Shown: piece after piece, positions 40,866 through 49,322 of the stretch
Layout of the letters: each line of letters begins with the position of its first letter
Position numbering within the stretch: position 1 is the first letter of the stretch
NCBI GenBank assembly: GCA_900617105.1
Contig: UYFQ01000001.1
Location: 1,054,001 to 1,118,000, forward strand
DNA from: Hydrurus foetidus
Lineage: Eukaryota
Direction of reading: 5' to 3'
DNA length: 64,000 bases
Program-made: the position numbers and the translations under genes
The notes under the pieces: model-generated
Told to the model about the DNA's origin: nothing
The model's input: the letters and a program-made list of their open reading frames with translations, nothing else
The model's database searches: none

Positions 40866-42335
40866 TTAACGCAACAGGTCTTCAGGTTGGGCGCACATTT
40901 GCACGTCTTTCAGGCTAAAGCTGGTGGCGTTGCCGGGGAACAGGCGGATTTTGGTGAAGCCTTTGCCTTTGGAGAGCAGGGCGGTGCGCAGGTTGTGTTC
41001 TGCATCGTCACCGGCGACTGGCAGGGTGAATTTGCGGGCAGCGGCACCGTTGCCTGAGGCTTCAATGGTGATGGTTTTCGAGCCTGAAACCTGCATCTTG
41101 GCGCTGAGGTAGCTCAGGCGTTCGACGGGTTTGTCAAAGTTGATTTCGACAAAATCTTGGGCGGTGCTGGGTTTTGCATCCACGGTTTTGAGGGCGCTGG
41201 TAGCACTGGAGGTAGCCCCCAAACTGGCCGCTTCAACCTTGGCTTGGATGCCTGCGGGGGCGCACTCTTGCTGCACCAGGGCAGACGCTTGCAACAACCA
41301 CTCGGTGTTGTCCATCGAGTAGCGGGCATCGCGCCATTTGTACTGAGGTGGCGCGGCCATGTCGCGCTCTGGCATTTCCCAAATCAACAGCTTGGGTTTG
41401 TTGGTTTGGAAGGAATCGTCGCGCAAATAGGTGTGCAAACCCACCCATTGGCCTTGGGATGCATCGACGGAGATGCTCAAAATATCGCGCTGCAAAGCGA
41501 AGCTGGTGGCACCGGGGAACTTGGTCCACTCGTGGGTGTAGCTGCTGCCCAAGAGGGTGATGTTGACGGCGGATGCACCCATCAGGCTCGCGGCGGCACT
41601 GCCCGAACCGGCGGGGGCAGGGAGCTTATCTACCTCGAAATACTTGGTGACTTCAGGCTCTAGGCTGGGTGAGCCTTTGGGCAACTGGGGCACCAAATCG
41701 CCTTTTTTGAGTGGCTCTTGCGTGGCCCAGGTGAGTTTGTAGGGGGCTTCGGGGGTGGTGTCTAGCACGGCTTTGAGAGCCGGGTCAGCGTTGATCGCAT
41801 CACGAATGGTTTCTGCGGCCAGCAAGGCACCAGGAGCGGACCAGTGCGTGTCTTGCTTGAAAAACAAGGGCATAGGGCTGTTGCGGTTGGGACTTTTGAC
41901 GAATGCGGAGTTCAGGTCAGCAGCCATTACGCCGCCGTCGCGCAGGCTCTTCAAAATACTGCCGTACTGGCCATCCAGGGCGCTGGTGAGTTTGACGCTG
42001 GAAGGTAGGTTCTCGGGGTGGACGCGTACTTTCAGCGGCACCATCGCCACGATGACGGCCACGCCGTTTTTCTGGAACACCTTGTTGATGCGGCGCACCA
42101 GATCGACGGTAGTGCCGATGGCTGCGGGGTCTTGGCCGCTGGTCAGTTCGTATTTGTAGTAGAGCCAGCCGTCTTTACCGACGATGCCAGGTGCGTCTTG
42201 GGCGAAGGCGGGCAGGGCTGCAAAGCTGGTGAGCAAGGCCAACGCTAATGGAGCAAGTTTTGGCAACTTGTCACTTATGGAATCAGCGTAAGTTGCTATT
42301 GATTTTGATAAGAATAGAGATGAAGATGAAGTCAT
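40866..42335 (-). CDS. AlgX/AlgJ-family SGNH polysaccharide O-acetyltransferase with C-terminal accessory domain
   Basis: Signal peptide; GKDGWLY, DTHWS, LLGSSY, KLLIWEMPER. Confidence 0.8.
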   Translation of the reverse strand: MTSSSSLFLSKSIATYADSISDKLPKLAPLALALLTSFAALPAFAQDAPGIVGKDGWLYYKYELTSGQDPAAIGTTVDLVRRINKVFQKNGVAVIVAMVPLKVRVHPENLPSSVKLTSALDGQYGSILKSLRDGGVMAADLNSAFVKSPNRNSPMPLFFKQDTHWSAPGALLAAETIRDAINADPALKAVLDTTPEAPYKLTWATQEPLKKGDLVPQLPKGSPSLEPEVTKYFEVDKLPAPAGSGSAAASLMGASAVNITLLGSSYTHEWTKFPGATSFALQRDILSISVDASQGQWVGLHTYLRDDSFQTNKPKLLIWEMPERDMAAPPQYKWRDARYSMDNTEWLLQASALVQQECAPAGIQAKVEAASLGATSSATSALKTVDAKPSTAQDFVEINFDKPVERLSYLSAKMQVSGSKTITIEASGNGAAARKFTLPVAGDDAEHNLRTALLSKGKGFTKIRLFPGNATSFSLKDVQMCAQPEDLLR

Positions 42336-42394
42336 GGCGCAGAGTTTTAGACCGTTTTAGGCAGTTTTAGAAATAAAAAAATCGGTGAATAGGT

Positions 42395-43111
42395 TCACTT
42401 GCCGGTGTAACGCTCTAGCGCGTTGGCACTGCTTTTCATGACCAGCTTGTCGCCCTCGCCGGGCAGCAAGAGCAGACTGTAGGTGAGGCCTTGGGTCATG
42501 GTCAGCGGAGCTTTGGCGAGCGCTGTTTTATCCCCAACTTTAGAGGCTTGAAGTTCGATGGTGACCGGGTTCACCGCCAAAGAGCTTGATGTGCCGGGGG
42601 CAACACCTGCGAACACTTTGGTGTTGCCGTCTGCCGTCAGCGTGTCGATCACACCGGCTTTGGGGGCAAGGTGGTAGACCGTCAGCACAGCTTTGAGTTT
42701 GTTGGAATTGGCTTTGTCGGCGAAAAACAGCGGTTTGCTGTCTGCACCCAAATGGGCCAGGGCCACGGTGACTGAGCGGCCAGCGACGACTTCCAGCGGA
42801 ATTTCCGTGCTGCCCGATTTGCCACTGCCTTGCACTTTAAGTTGATGCTGCCCAGCTTTGAGCACCATGTAATCGCTGGCGGTGGCGGCAACCAAGCCTT
42901 GCAGGCGGGGCTTGCCGTCGAGTTGCACATCCATTGGGCCATCCGCGCTGATCACGATGACGCGGACGTAGGCCGAATCGGCAGGAGGCTGCGGGTCGTA
43001 CAGCGTTCCGATGGTTTGGGCTGTGGCATAGGGGGCAAAGCCTGCCGCCGATAGCGCCAAAAGAAGAGGGGTAAGAAGACGATAGAGACGCGGGGCGACA
43101 GGTGTTTTCAT
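42395..43111 (-). CDS. AlgF-family O-acetylation accessory protein
   Basis: Signal peptide; LYDPQPPADSAYVRV, VNPV motifs; adjacent to the AlgX/J-like gene. Confidence 0.75.
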   Translation of the reverse strand: MKTPVAPRLYRLLTPLLLALSAAGFAPYATAQTIGTLYDPQPPADSAYVRVIVISADGPMDVQLDGKPRLQGLVAATASDYMVLKAGQHQLKVQGSGKSGSTEIPLEVVAGRSVTVALAHLGADSKPLFFADKANSNKLKAVLTVYHLAPKAGVIDTLTADGNTKVFAGVAPGTSSSLAVNPVTIELQASKVGDKTALAKAPLTMTQGLTYSLLLLPGEGDKLVMKSSANALERYTGK

Positions 43112-43229
43112 CGGTATATAAGGAATGATGAAGGGATGAACCTAGAGTGAGGCTACACAAACCTCTGGCGCTGAGGGCTTGTGATTTGAATTCTACAGAG
43201 CGACCATGAATGCCCGGTAACATTCGCAG

Positions 43230-44345
43230 ATGACTTTTCTTGACTGCCTCAAGCTGTGGCGCGCTCTTTTAAAAAGCTTGCTGCTGGTGACTGTCTTGGG
43301 TTGTACTTTGCCTGCCAACGCAGGGCCGCAGCGGGTGTGGGGCTATGTGGCGTGGTGGATGCAAGACACCTGGAAAACGCTGCCGCTCGCTAATTTTGAG
43401 CGTTTGATTTTTTTCCAAATCGACATAAGCAGTAACGGTGCGCTGGAAGAGTTGCACGGTTGGCCTGACCAGTGGACAGGTTTGACCACCGCAGCGGCTG
43501 ACAGCGGCGTGGCGCTGGATTTGGGGTTGACCTTGCTGGAGCCGGCCATCTTCAATGCTGTGTTCAGCTCGAATGCCGCCACCCAGCGGCTGCTAGGCGA
43601 TGCGCTGGCGCTGGCATCCCAGCCAGGGGTGAGTGGTTTGCACCTGGACGTGGAAGTCAACAGCCGCACGGCTGGTCTGCGGGTGGGTACGCTCAAGCGC
43701 TTTCGCAGCTTCGTCGCCACCCTCGCGCAAAAGCTCAAGCAGCAATCCCCACCGCGCAGCTTGACGGTCTTTTTGCCGTTTGGCGACTATGGTGCTGTTT
43801 ACGATGCCCCCACGCTGGCCCGTGTCGATCATGCGGTGCTGCAAGGCTATGACGCTCACTATTTAGACAGTCCGAACGCTGGCCCCATCTCACCGCTGGC
43901 GGGTGAGGATTTCGCCACCTGGGAAAAGATGCTGGCCCAAGCCGACAAACTGGGCTTGGCGCGTGGGCGTACCGTGATGAGCTTCCCGCTGTACGGTTAC
44001 GAGTGGAATGTGCCCAGCTGCACGCCACGCGGTCAGCACGAGGGCAAGGGGGAAACCACCACGCTGCTACCGATGGATCCTCAACTGGCGCCCACGCTGA
44101 ACATCAGCATCACCGACAGGGTGGCACGCTACGGTGCGCAGGCGGAGCCGTTGAGCGATTCGCTGTACTACACGTTTGTCTCCCCCGCTGGCGTGTGTAC
44201 GGTGGGGTGGTTTGAGGATTCATACAGCCTCAAGCGCAAAGCGGATTGGCTGGAAAAGCAAAATCTGCGGGGCTTGGCATTTTTCCCGCTGGGGTATGAC
44301 CAGGGGGCGCTGGTCAGTATTATGTTGCAGCGCTGGAAGCGCTAG
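43230..44345 (+). CDS. GH18-family glycoside hydrolase-like protein
   Basis: Signal peptide; GLHLDVE (DxDxE variant), LQGYDAH, AGPISPL, PLYGYEW, WFED..SL..K, LRGLAFF.LGYD. Confidence 0.75.
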   Translation: MTFLDCLKLWRALLKSLLLVTVLGCTLPANAGPQRVWGYVAWWMQDTWKTLPLANFERLIFFQIDISSNGALEELHGWPDQWTGLTTAAADSGVALDLGLTLLEPAIFNAVFSSNAATQRLLGDALALASQPGVSGLHLDVEVNSRTAGLRVGTLKRFRSFVATLAQKLKQQSPPRSLTVFLPFGDYGAVYDAPTLARVDHAVLQGYDAHYLDSPNAGPISPLAGEDFATWEKMLAQADKLGLARGRTVMSFPLYGYEWNVPSCTPRGQHEGKGETTTLLPMDPQLAPTLNISITDRVARYGAQAEPLSDSLYYTFVSPAGVCTVGWFEDSYSLKRKADWLEKQNLRGLAFFPLGYDQGALVSIMLQRWKR

Positions 44346-44349
44346 AGTT

Positions 44350-46206
44350 TTAAAAATTGACTTGGTAAAAGTAATTGCCTGGCTCTAGCGTCTCAAACAC
44401 CACAGAGACTCTGAACTCGTCAAGCAGCGTGACTTTGGGCATGGGCATGTTGGGTTTCACGCCCGTGATAGTGGGCAGCACGCCTTTGCGGGGCAGCATC
44501 ACGATCAAAGTGCCGCCTTTGACAGGCAGCTTGCCACCCACGGCCACATCGAACTCGGTGCGAGGGCCATTCAGGCGCACCACCAAGCGAAAGCGCTCAC
44601 GGTCACGCCACCAGGCATTGACAGCGCTGGGGGTGGTCAGCCAAACCGTATTTTTTTGGGCGCTGACATGCGCCAAATAAGCTGGCATGGCCAGGTTGAG
44701 CGGTTGACCTTCCCCCAGGTTTTGGCTGTGAAGGCTGAACAGCCCCAAGGAGCCGGTGTCTCGCGCTAAATTGAAATCGTCCACCATGGCTTGGGTCAGC
44801 TTGGGCGCTTCGTTCATGCTGGTCAGTAGTTTGATGTCATCGCGCTGGGTGCGGGGTAGCACCATCAAGCCGTTCACAATGTCTGTGTCGGCGATGGGGG
44901 CAAAAAAGGGTAGCCGGGTGTCGGCGTCATGCGCGTCGGAGAGGTGGTGGCGGATACCGGCCTTTTGCAATGCAATCTCGGTGGTTTTGTCATAGCCTTC
45001 GTTCGGAGCACGAAACCCTGTGATGGCGCTGGTGTTAGCAACCACGCTTTGCATTTGCGACTGCATGTTGCTGATGCGTTGGGCTTGCACCTCGGAGGTC
45101 TGGTCTTTAAAGCTGACATGGATGTCACCGTGGTAGGCCACTTCAAAATCTCGCGCTAAACTTTTCAACACATCAGGGTATTCCAAGCCACTGCTGGTCA
45201 GCACGTAAAACGCACCTTTGTAGGCGATATCGCGCATCATTTTGGCGAGGAAGACGGCGTTCGGGAAGCCTTGCTCGGTGTCCATTTCGATCACATGGGC
45301 CGCTTTGTACCCATCAGGCCAAGCTGCTTTGGCAATGGAGGGGCGGTGCTTGAGCCATGTGAGGCTGTCTGTGACCAAGTTGTTGATGTCGGTAGGTTGC
45401 TGTTCCCAGCTGGATTCTGCAAAACCAAAAATCACTGAACGCCCGGCTTGTGGGCCGGTTTCTGCATAAAGAACCGCGCCTTCATCGAGGCGTGCAGGGT
45501 CAGGTGTGCGGGCCCAATTCATAAAACGGCCACCTACCCCAGTGCCTCTGAAACGCAGGGCGCGCTCTGAGGTGTTGCCGAGCAAAATGCGTTTGCCAGC
45601 ACCTTGGTTGAACGAGACGGGGGATTCGCCGCTCAAGATCAAATAGCCCGCATCGGCTTCTTTGGAAAGTTCACCCACGAATTTGGCAGCGCCCAGTTTT
45701 TCTAAAAACTCCCAGCCCGTCCATTCGCCAGCAGGGCCGCGTGTGCCTGTTGCCCAGGTCGCCAAAACGCTGCCACCTCGGTCGCGAAAAGCCAAAATCT
45801 CTTGGCGCTCAGCCATGCTCAAGGCCGCTGCTGAGGGCAACACGAGCACACCTGATTTCAGCGCACTCAATTCAGCCACATCTGTTATTTCTTTGGTTTT
45901 AGGCTTGATGGTGTCAAAGTACTTGCGCCACGGTGTCAACAGCGTGTCGTAGTTGCCGCCGATGCCCGTGTAAAAAGTTTTGCTGTTGGGTGAGATGTAC
46001 AACCATACGGATGCGCTTTCCGAGAAGGCTGTTCCCGTGCCTGGCCCGCCACCAATAACGGCAGTGGGCCAGCCCATGCCCTGCATGGCCATGGTGAAAA
46101 CCATCACGCTGGCCGCGATACCCATCACGAAAATACCTACCAAGTAGGTGCCAATACGCCGGTGTGCCGGGCGTACTTCAAAGGAATCGGGGTCTTCAGT
46201 TTGCAT
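44350..46206 (-). CDS. Membrane-anchored polysaccharide deacetylase (CE4/NodB-like)
   Basis: N-terminal TM; IEMDTE, YHGDIH, GFRAP, SLHSQ, VWLTT motifs. Confidence 0.75.
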   Translation of the reverse strand: MQTEDPDSFEVRPAHRRIGTYLVGIFVMGIAASVMVFTMAMQGMGWPTAVIGGGPGTGTAFSESASVWLYISPNSKTFYTGIGGNYDTLLTPWRKYFDTIKPKTKEITDVAELSALKSGVLVLPSAAALSMAERQEILAFRDRGGSVLATWATGTRGPAGEWTGWEFLEKLGAAKFVGELSKEADAGYLILSGESPVSFNQGAGKRILLGNTSERALRFRGTGVGGRFMNWARTPDPARLDEGAVLYAETGPQAGRSVIFGFAESSWEQQPTDINNLVTDSLTWLKHRPSIAKAAWPDGYKAAHVIEMDTEQGFPNAVFLAKMMRDIAYKGAFYVLTSSGLEYPDVLKSLARDFEVAYHGDIHVSFKDQTSEVQAQRISNMQSQMQSVVANTSAITGFRAPNEGYDKTTEIALQKAGIRHHLSDAHDADTRLPFFAPIADTDIVNGLMVLPRTQRDDIKLLTSMNEAPKLTQAMVDDFNLARDTGSLGLFSLHSQNLGEGQPLNLAMPAYLAHVSAQKNTVWLTTPSAVNAWWRDRERFRLVVRLNGPRTEFDVAVGGKLPVKGGTLIVMLPRKGVLPTITGVKPNMPMPKVTLLDEFRVSVVFETLEPGNYFYQVNF

Positions 46207-46287
46207 GGATGGAGTGCGGTGTACGCCGTGGTGCCAACAGTGCAGCTTTAGAGGGTTAGCCGCATGAACTGCACGACGTGCGCAAAG

Positions 46288-46554
46288 CTATTTGGTGGCA
46301 ACGGTGACCATGGGCGGCGCGTCGGCCGTGAGCGGAGCAGGCACTGTGGTACCACTCAGCCCGCTTTGCTTTTGAGGCTTGTAGCGGGTAAGGAAGATCG
46401 GCTCAGAAGGGTTGTGGGCAAGGGTTGTGGGGTCTTTTTTGCTGGGCTTGCGTTTGTCGCGCAGCTTAAAGGCCACATACGCCGCTACCGCCACCACCAG
46501 GGTGCCGATGGTCGTCAACAAAATGACGGTAGCCAGAATTGAGATTAAATCCAT
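46288..46554 (-). CDS. Small single-TM protein in the EPS operon
   Basis: 88 aa, hydrophobic N-terminus then basic stretch; starts 3 bp after the GT2 stop. Confidence 0.65.
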   Translation of the reverse strand: MDLISILATVILLTTIGTLVVAVAAYVAFKLRDKRKPSKKDPTTLAHNPSEPIFLTRYKPQKQSGLSGTTVPAPLTADAPPMVTVATK

Positions 46555-46557
46555 GTG

Positions 46558-47916
46558 TTAAAGCTTTCCTTCCCGTTGCAATTTGCCCCAGGTCATTGCT
46601 GTTCCTCGCCATTCTTCTAAAGTGGCAAATACTTTGGATACATCCACGATCGTGATGTAAAACAAACGAAATCCAATCGCGTAACCAATCAGTGCAGGAT
46701 CTTCTTCCTCCACTACCACGCAGTAGGTGGCGGCAATCACATCCAGCATGGTGAGCTGTAGCCACCAGTAAAAAATGAACAGCACAATACCGTAGCGTAA
46801 ACCCACGTAAGCAAAAAAAACACTGCCTGCGACCGTAGAAATAGGCCAAATGATGCCCTCAAAGAGCATGTACCACAGGATGTAGAAATTAATACCCGCT
46901 TTGCTGGGTTGCCACAGCGCTGAACGATGCTTGCGCATAGCCTGCAAAATACCTCGTGTCCAGCGGTAGCGCTGCTTAAGCAAATCCAGCAAACCACTGG
47001 GTGTTTCTACCCAGGCGATGGCGGTGGGCTCGTAAGCGATATGCCAGCCACGCATCAGCATTTTGAGGGTGAGATCGCAGTCTTCAGCAAAAGTGTCTTG
47101 GTCGTAGCCACCCACTTGTTGGAGTACTGTTTTGCGGAACATGCCCAGCGGGCCAGGAATGATGTTGACCGAGCGCATGAAACTTTGCGCTTTGCGTGCC
47201 ATTGCCAAACCTTCGACGTATTCCAAAGCCTGAACCCTTGTCCAGATGTTTTCGCGGTTCAGCACCTTGACGTTGCCGGCCACAGCGCCGATACGGGGGT
47301 CGTCAAAATGCCGAATGCAGGCGCGCAGGGTATTGCGAGAGAGCTTGGTGTCGCCATCCATGTTCAAAACAAACTCGCCTCGGGCGTTGGTCATTCCTGT
47401 GTTGAGTGCATCGGCTTTGCCGCCGTTGGCTTTGGAAATCACGCGAACGGGGATCACGGTGCTTTGGCGAGCGACTGCCAAGGCTTTTTCATAGGTATCG
47501 TCGGTGGAGCCGTCGTCAACAATCAACACCTCGTAGTTGGGGTAGTCGAGCTTCAGCAGCGAACGGATAGCAGCCTCAATGACGGGGCCTTCGTTGTAGG
47601 CGGGAACCACCAAACTTATCATCGGCAGTGAGGCATCGTCTTGCACACTCTGCTCTTTTTGCTGACGTTTTTTGACTTGGTATTCCAGATGCTCCATGAA
47701 GGAGAGCAGTATCAACAAGCCATATCGGAAGATCAATAGCGTCAAGAAAAACAGCAGGTAGAGCGAAATAGCACTCAGGATGAAGTTCTCAATCAGAACC
47801 TGGAAAGCATTTAAGCCAAGTGACAGCAGTTGTAAATGGTTGAAAGCGATGAGCATCATCGCAATACCAACGACAGTCAAGCCTAATACGTAGCGGAAGA
47901 TGCGACCCTTTACCAA
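46558..47916 (-). CDS. Processive GT2 glycosyltransferase, PgaC/IcaA-like
   Basis: PAYNE, DDGSTD, GGKADALN, DGD, PGPLGMFR, AED, QRYRW; N- and C-terminal TMs; TTG start overlapping the upstream stop. Confidence 0.88.
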   Translation of the reverse strand: MVKGRIFRYVLGLTVVGIAMMLIAFNHLQLLSLGLNAFQVLIENFILSAISLYLLFFLTLLIFRYGLLILLSFMEHLEYQVKKRQQKEQSVQDDASLPMISLVVPAYNEGPVIEAAIRSLLKLDYPNYEVLIVDDGSTDDTYEKALAVARQSTVIPVRVISKANGGKADALNTGMTNARGEFVLNMDGDTKLSRNTLRACIRHFDDPRIGAVAGNVKVLNRENIWTRVQALEYVEGLAMARKAQSFMRSVNIIPGPLGMFRKTVLQQVGGYDQDTFAEDCDLTLKMLMRGWHIAYEPTAIAWVETPSGLLDLLKQRYRWTRGILQAMRKHRSALWQPSKAGINFYILWYMLFEGIIWPISTVAGSVFFAYVGLRYGIVLFIFYWWLQLTMLDVIAATYCVVVEEEDPALIGYAIGFRLFYITIVDVSKVFATLEEWRGTAMTWGKLQREGKL

Positions 47917-49322
47917 AGCTTTTCCAAATTCAGTGACACCGCTCTGGCTCGGTAGTTTGCCCCATCACGGCGGCTGGACAGACCCCACAGGTTTACACCC
48001 ACGGCATAGTCTTTGTTCAACCAGCGTTTGGCTGCGGCGCTGGCGCTCCAGCTGTTGCCGGCTTCCCCGTACAGCGGTGTGCCTAACTGGCCTGCGGTAT
48101 AGAAAAACCAATCTTTTTGCGCCCACTCGGCCAACAGTCCTACGCTGGCGGTGCCTGAGCCTTGGGTGGGTGACCAGTAGTTACCGGTGTTAAAGCGAAC
48201 ATCCCGCGTATCGGTAGCCACATAGGCTTTGATGCCCGGCCCCAAGGGCCGCCAAGAGGGGGTAAATTTCAGAGAAGTGGTGAGCAAGGTGTTGCTGTCA
48301 GACACCCGATAAACGCTGGCACGACCATAAAATTCACCCGCGCTGAAGCTTTGGCGCGTGTCAATACCCGCATGGATGGCGGACAAGCCGGCATCTAAGG
48401 CTTTGGCGCTGACCGAGGTGATGCCCCAGTTGAGCCGATCGAGGTAAACCTGGGTAGGCGCATCGCTGGCCCCCGCCACTTTCAAGCGGATACCGCCGTA
48501 AGCGGCTGCTTTGGGCGTACCTTGGACGTTCAGGTAAATTTTGGGTTCGTAGGCCACGGCCAGGGCTTGAAAGCGCAGGGTGATGTCGCGCTCTTGCAGC
48601 TTCAACCCAGCAGGATCAAGGCGGTTTTGCATGGTACGGGTTTCGACTTCGTAGACTTTGGTGCCGCTGTCATCGCGCCAACGGTGGGCGACCGTCAGGT
48701 AACGGGTTTCCATCTCGCCTGAGTCTTTCGATCGGCCCAGTGAGATCGTGGTGCTTGGGCGCAATTCACGGTCGCCGTATTCCATGCCTTCGCGTGCGCC
48801 GGTGTTCGACGGGTCAAGCGCCAGCACCTGGCTGTACATGGGTTTGGCCACATCAGCACGGCCTTGCCAACGGGCAGCATTGGCAAGTGCCAAGCGGGCT
48901 TCAGTGTCAAAAGGGCCATTTAACAGCAAAGCGTACTGGTCGTAGGCTTCGTTCAATCGGCCGGTCCAGGCTAGGCTGTTGGCGATTTTGAGGCGCAAAT
49001 CATCGTTTGGCTTCGCACCTTGTTGAATCAGTGCCAAGCCTTGAGTGCCTGCGGCTTCGTGGTTCACGTCAGCGTACAGCTTTTCAACTTCGGCCAAGCC
49101 CGTCAACTGACTTTGTTGTGCGGGTGAGAGGTTTAAAGCTCGGCTGGAGGCCAAAGCGAGGTTGCCCGCAGAGGTGCCAGCTGGGCTAGAAACACGTTCA
49201 CCAGCTGCAAATGCTGGGCTGCTGAGCACACAGGTTCCTATCAGTGCTCCTAGCACTGATAGCGCAACCGGAGCGGCCATGCTGGTGCGGGAACGGGGGA
49301 GGGGCACATTGCGATCAACCAT
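47910..49322 (-). CDS. TPR plus outer-membrane beta-barrel protein (PgaA-like export candidate)
   Basis: Signal-like N-terminus, TPR-like IANSLAWTGRLNEA / LANAARWQGR..A..MY..VLALDP.N, YWSP, C-terminal Trp; start chosen where it overlaps the bcsE stop. Confidence 0.65.
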   Translation of the reverse strand: MVDRNVPLPRSRTSMAAPVALSVLGALIGTCVLSSPAFAAGERVSSPAGTSAGNLALASSRALNLSPAQQSQLTGLAEVEKLYADVNHEAAGTQGLALIQQGAKPNDDLRLKIANSLAWTGRLNEAYDQYALLLNGPFDTEARLALANAARWQGRADVAKPMYSQVLALDPSNTGAREGMEYGDRELRPSTTISLGRSKDSGEMETRYLTVAHRWRDDSGTKVYEVETRTMQNRLDPAGLKLQERDITLRFQALAVAYEPKIYLNVQGTPKAAAYGGIRLKVAGASDAPTQVYLDRLNWGITSVSAKALDAGLSAIHAGIDTRQSFSAGEFYGRASVYRVSDSNTLLTTSLKFTPSWRPLGPGIKAYVATDTRDVRFNTGNYWSPTQGSGTASVGLLAEWAQKDWFFYTAGQLGTPLYGEAGNSWSASAAAKRWLNKDYAVGVNLWGLSSRRDGANYRARAVSLNLEKLW

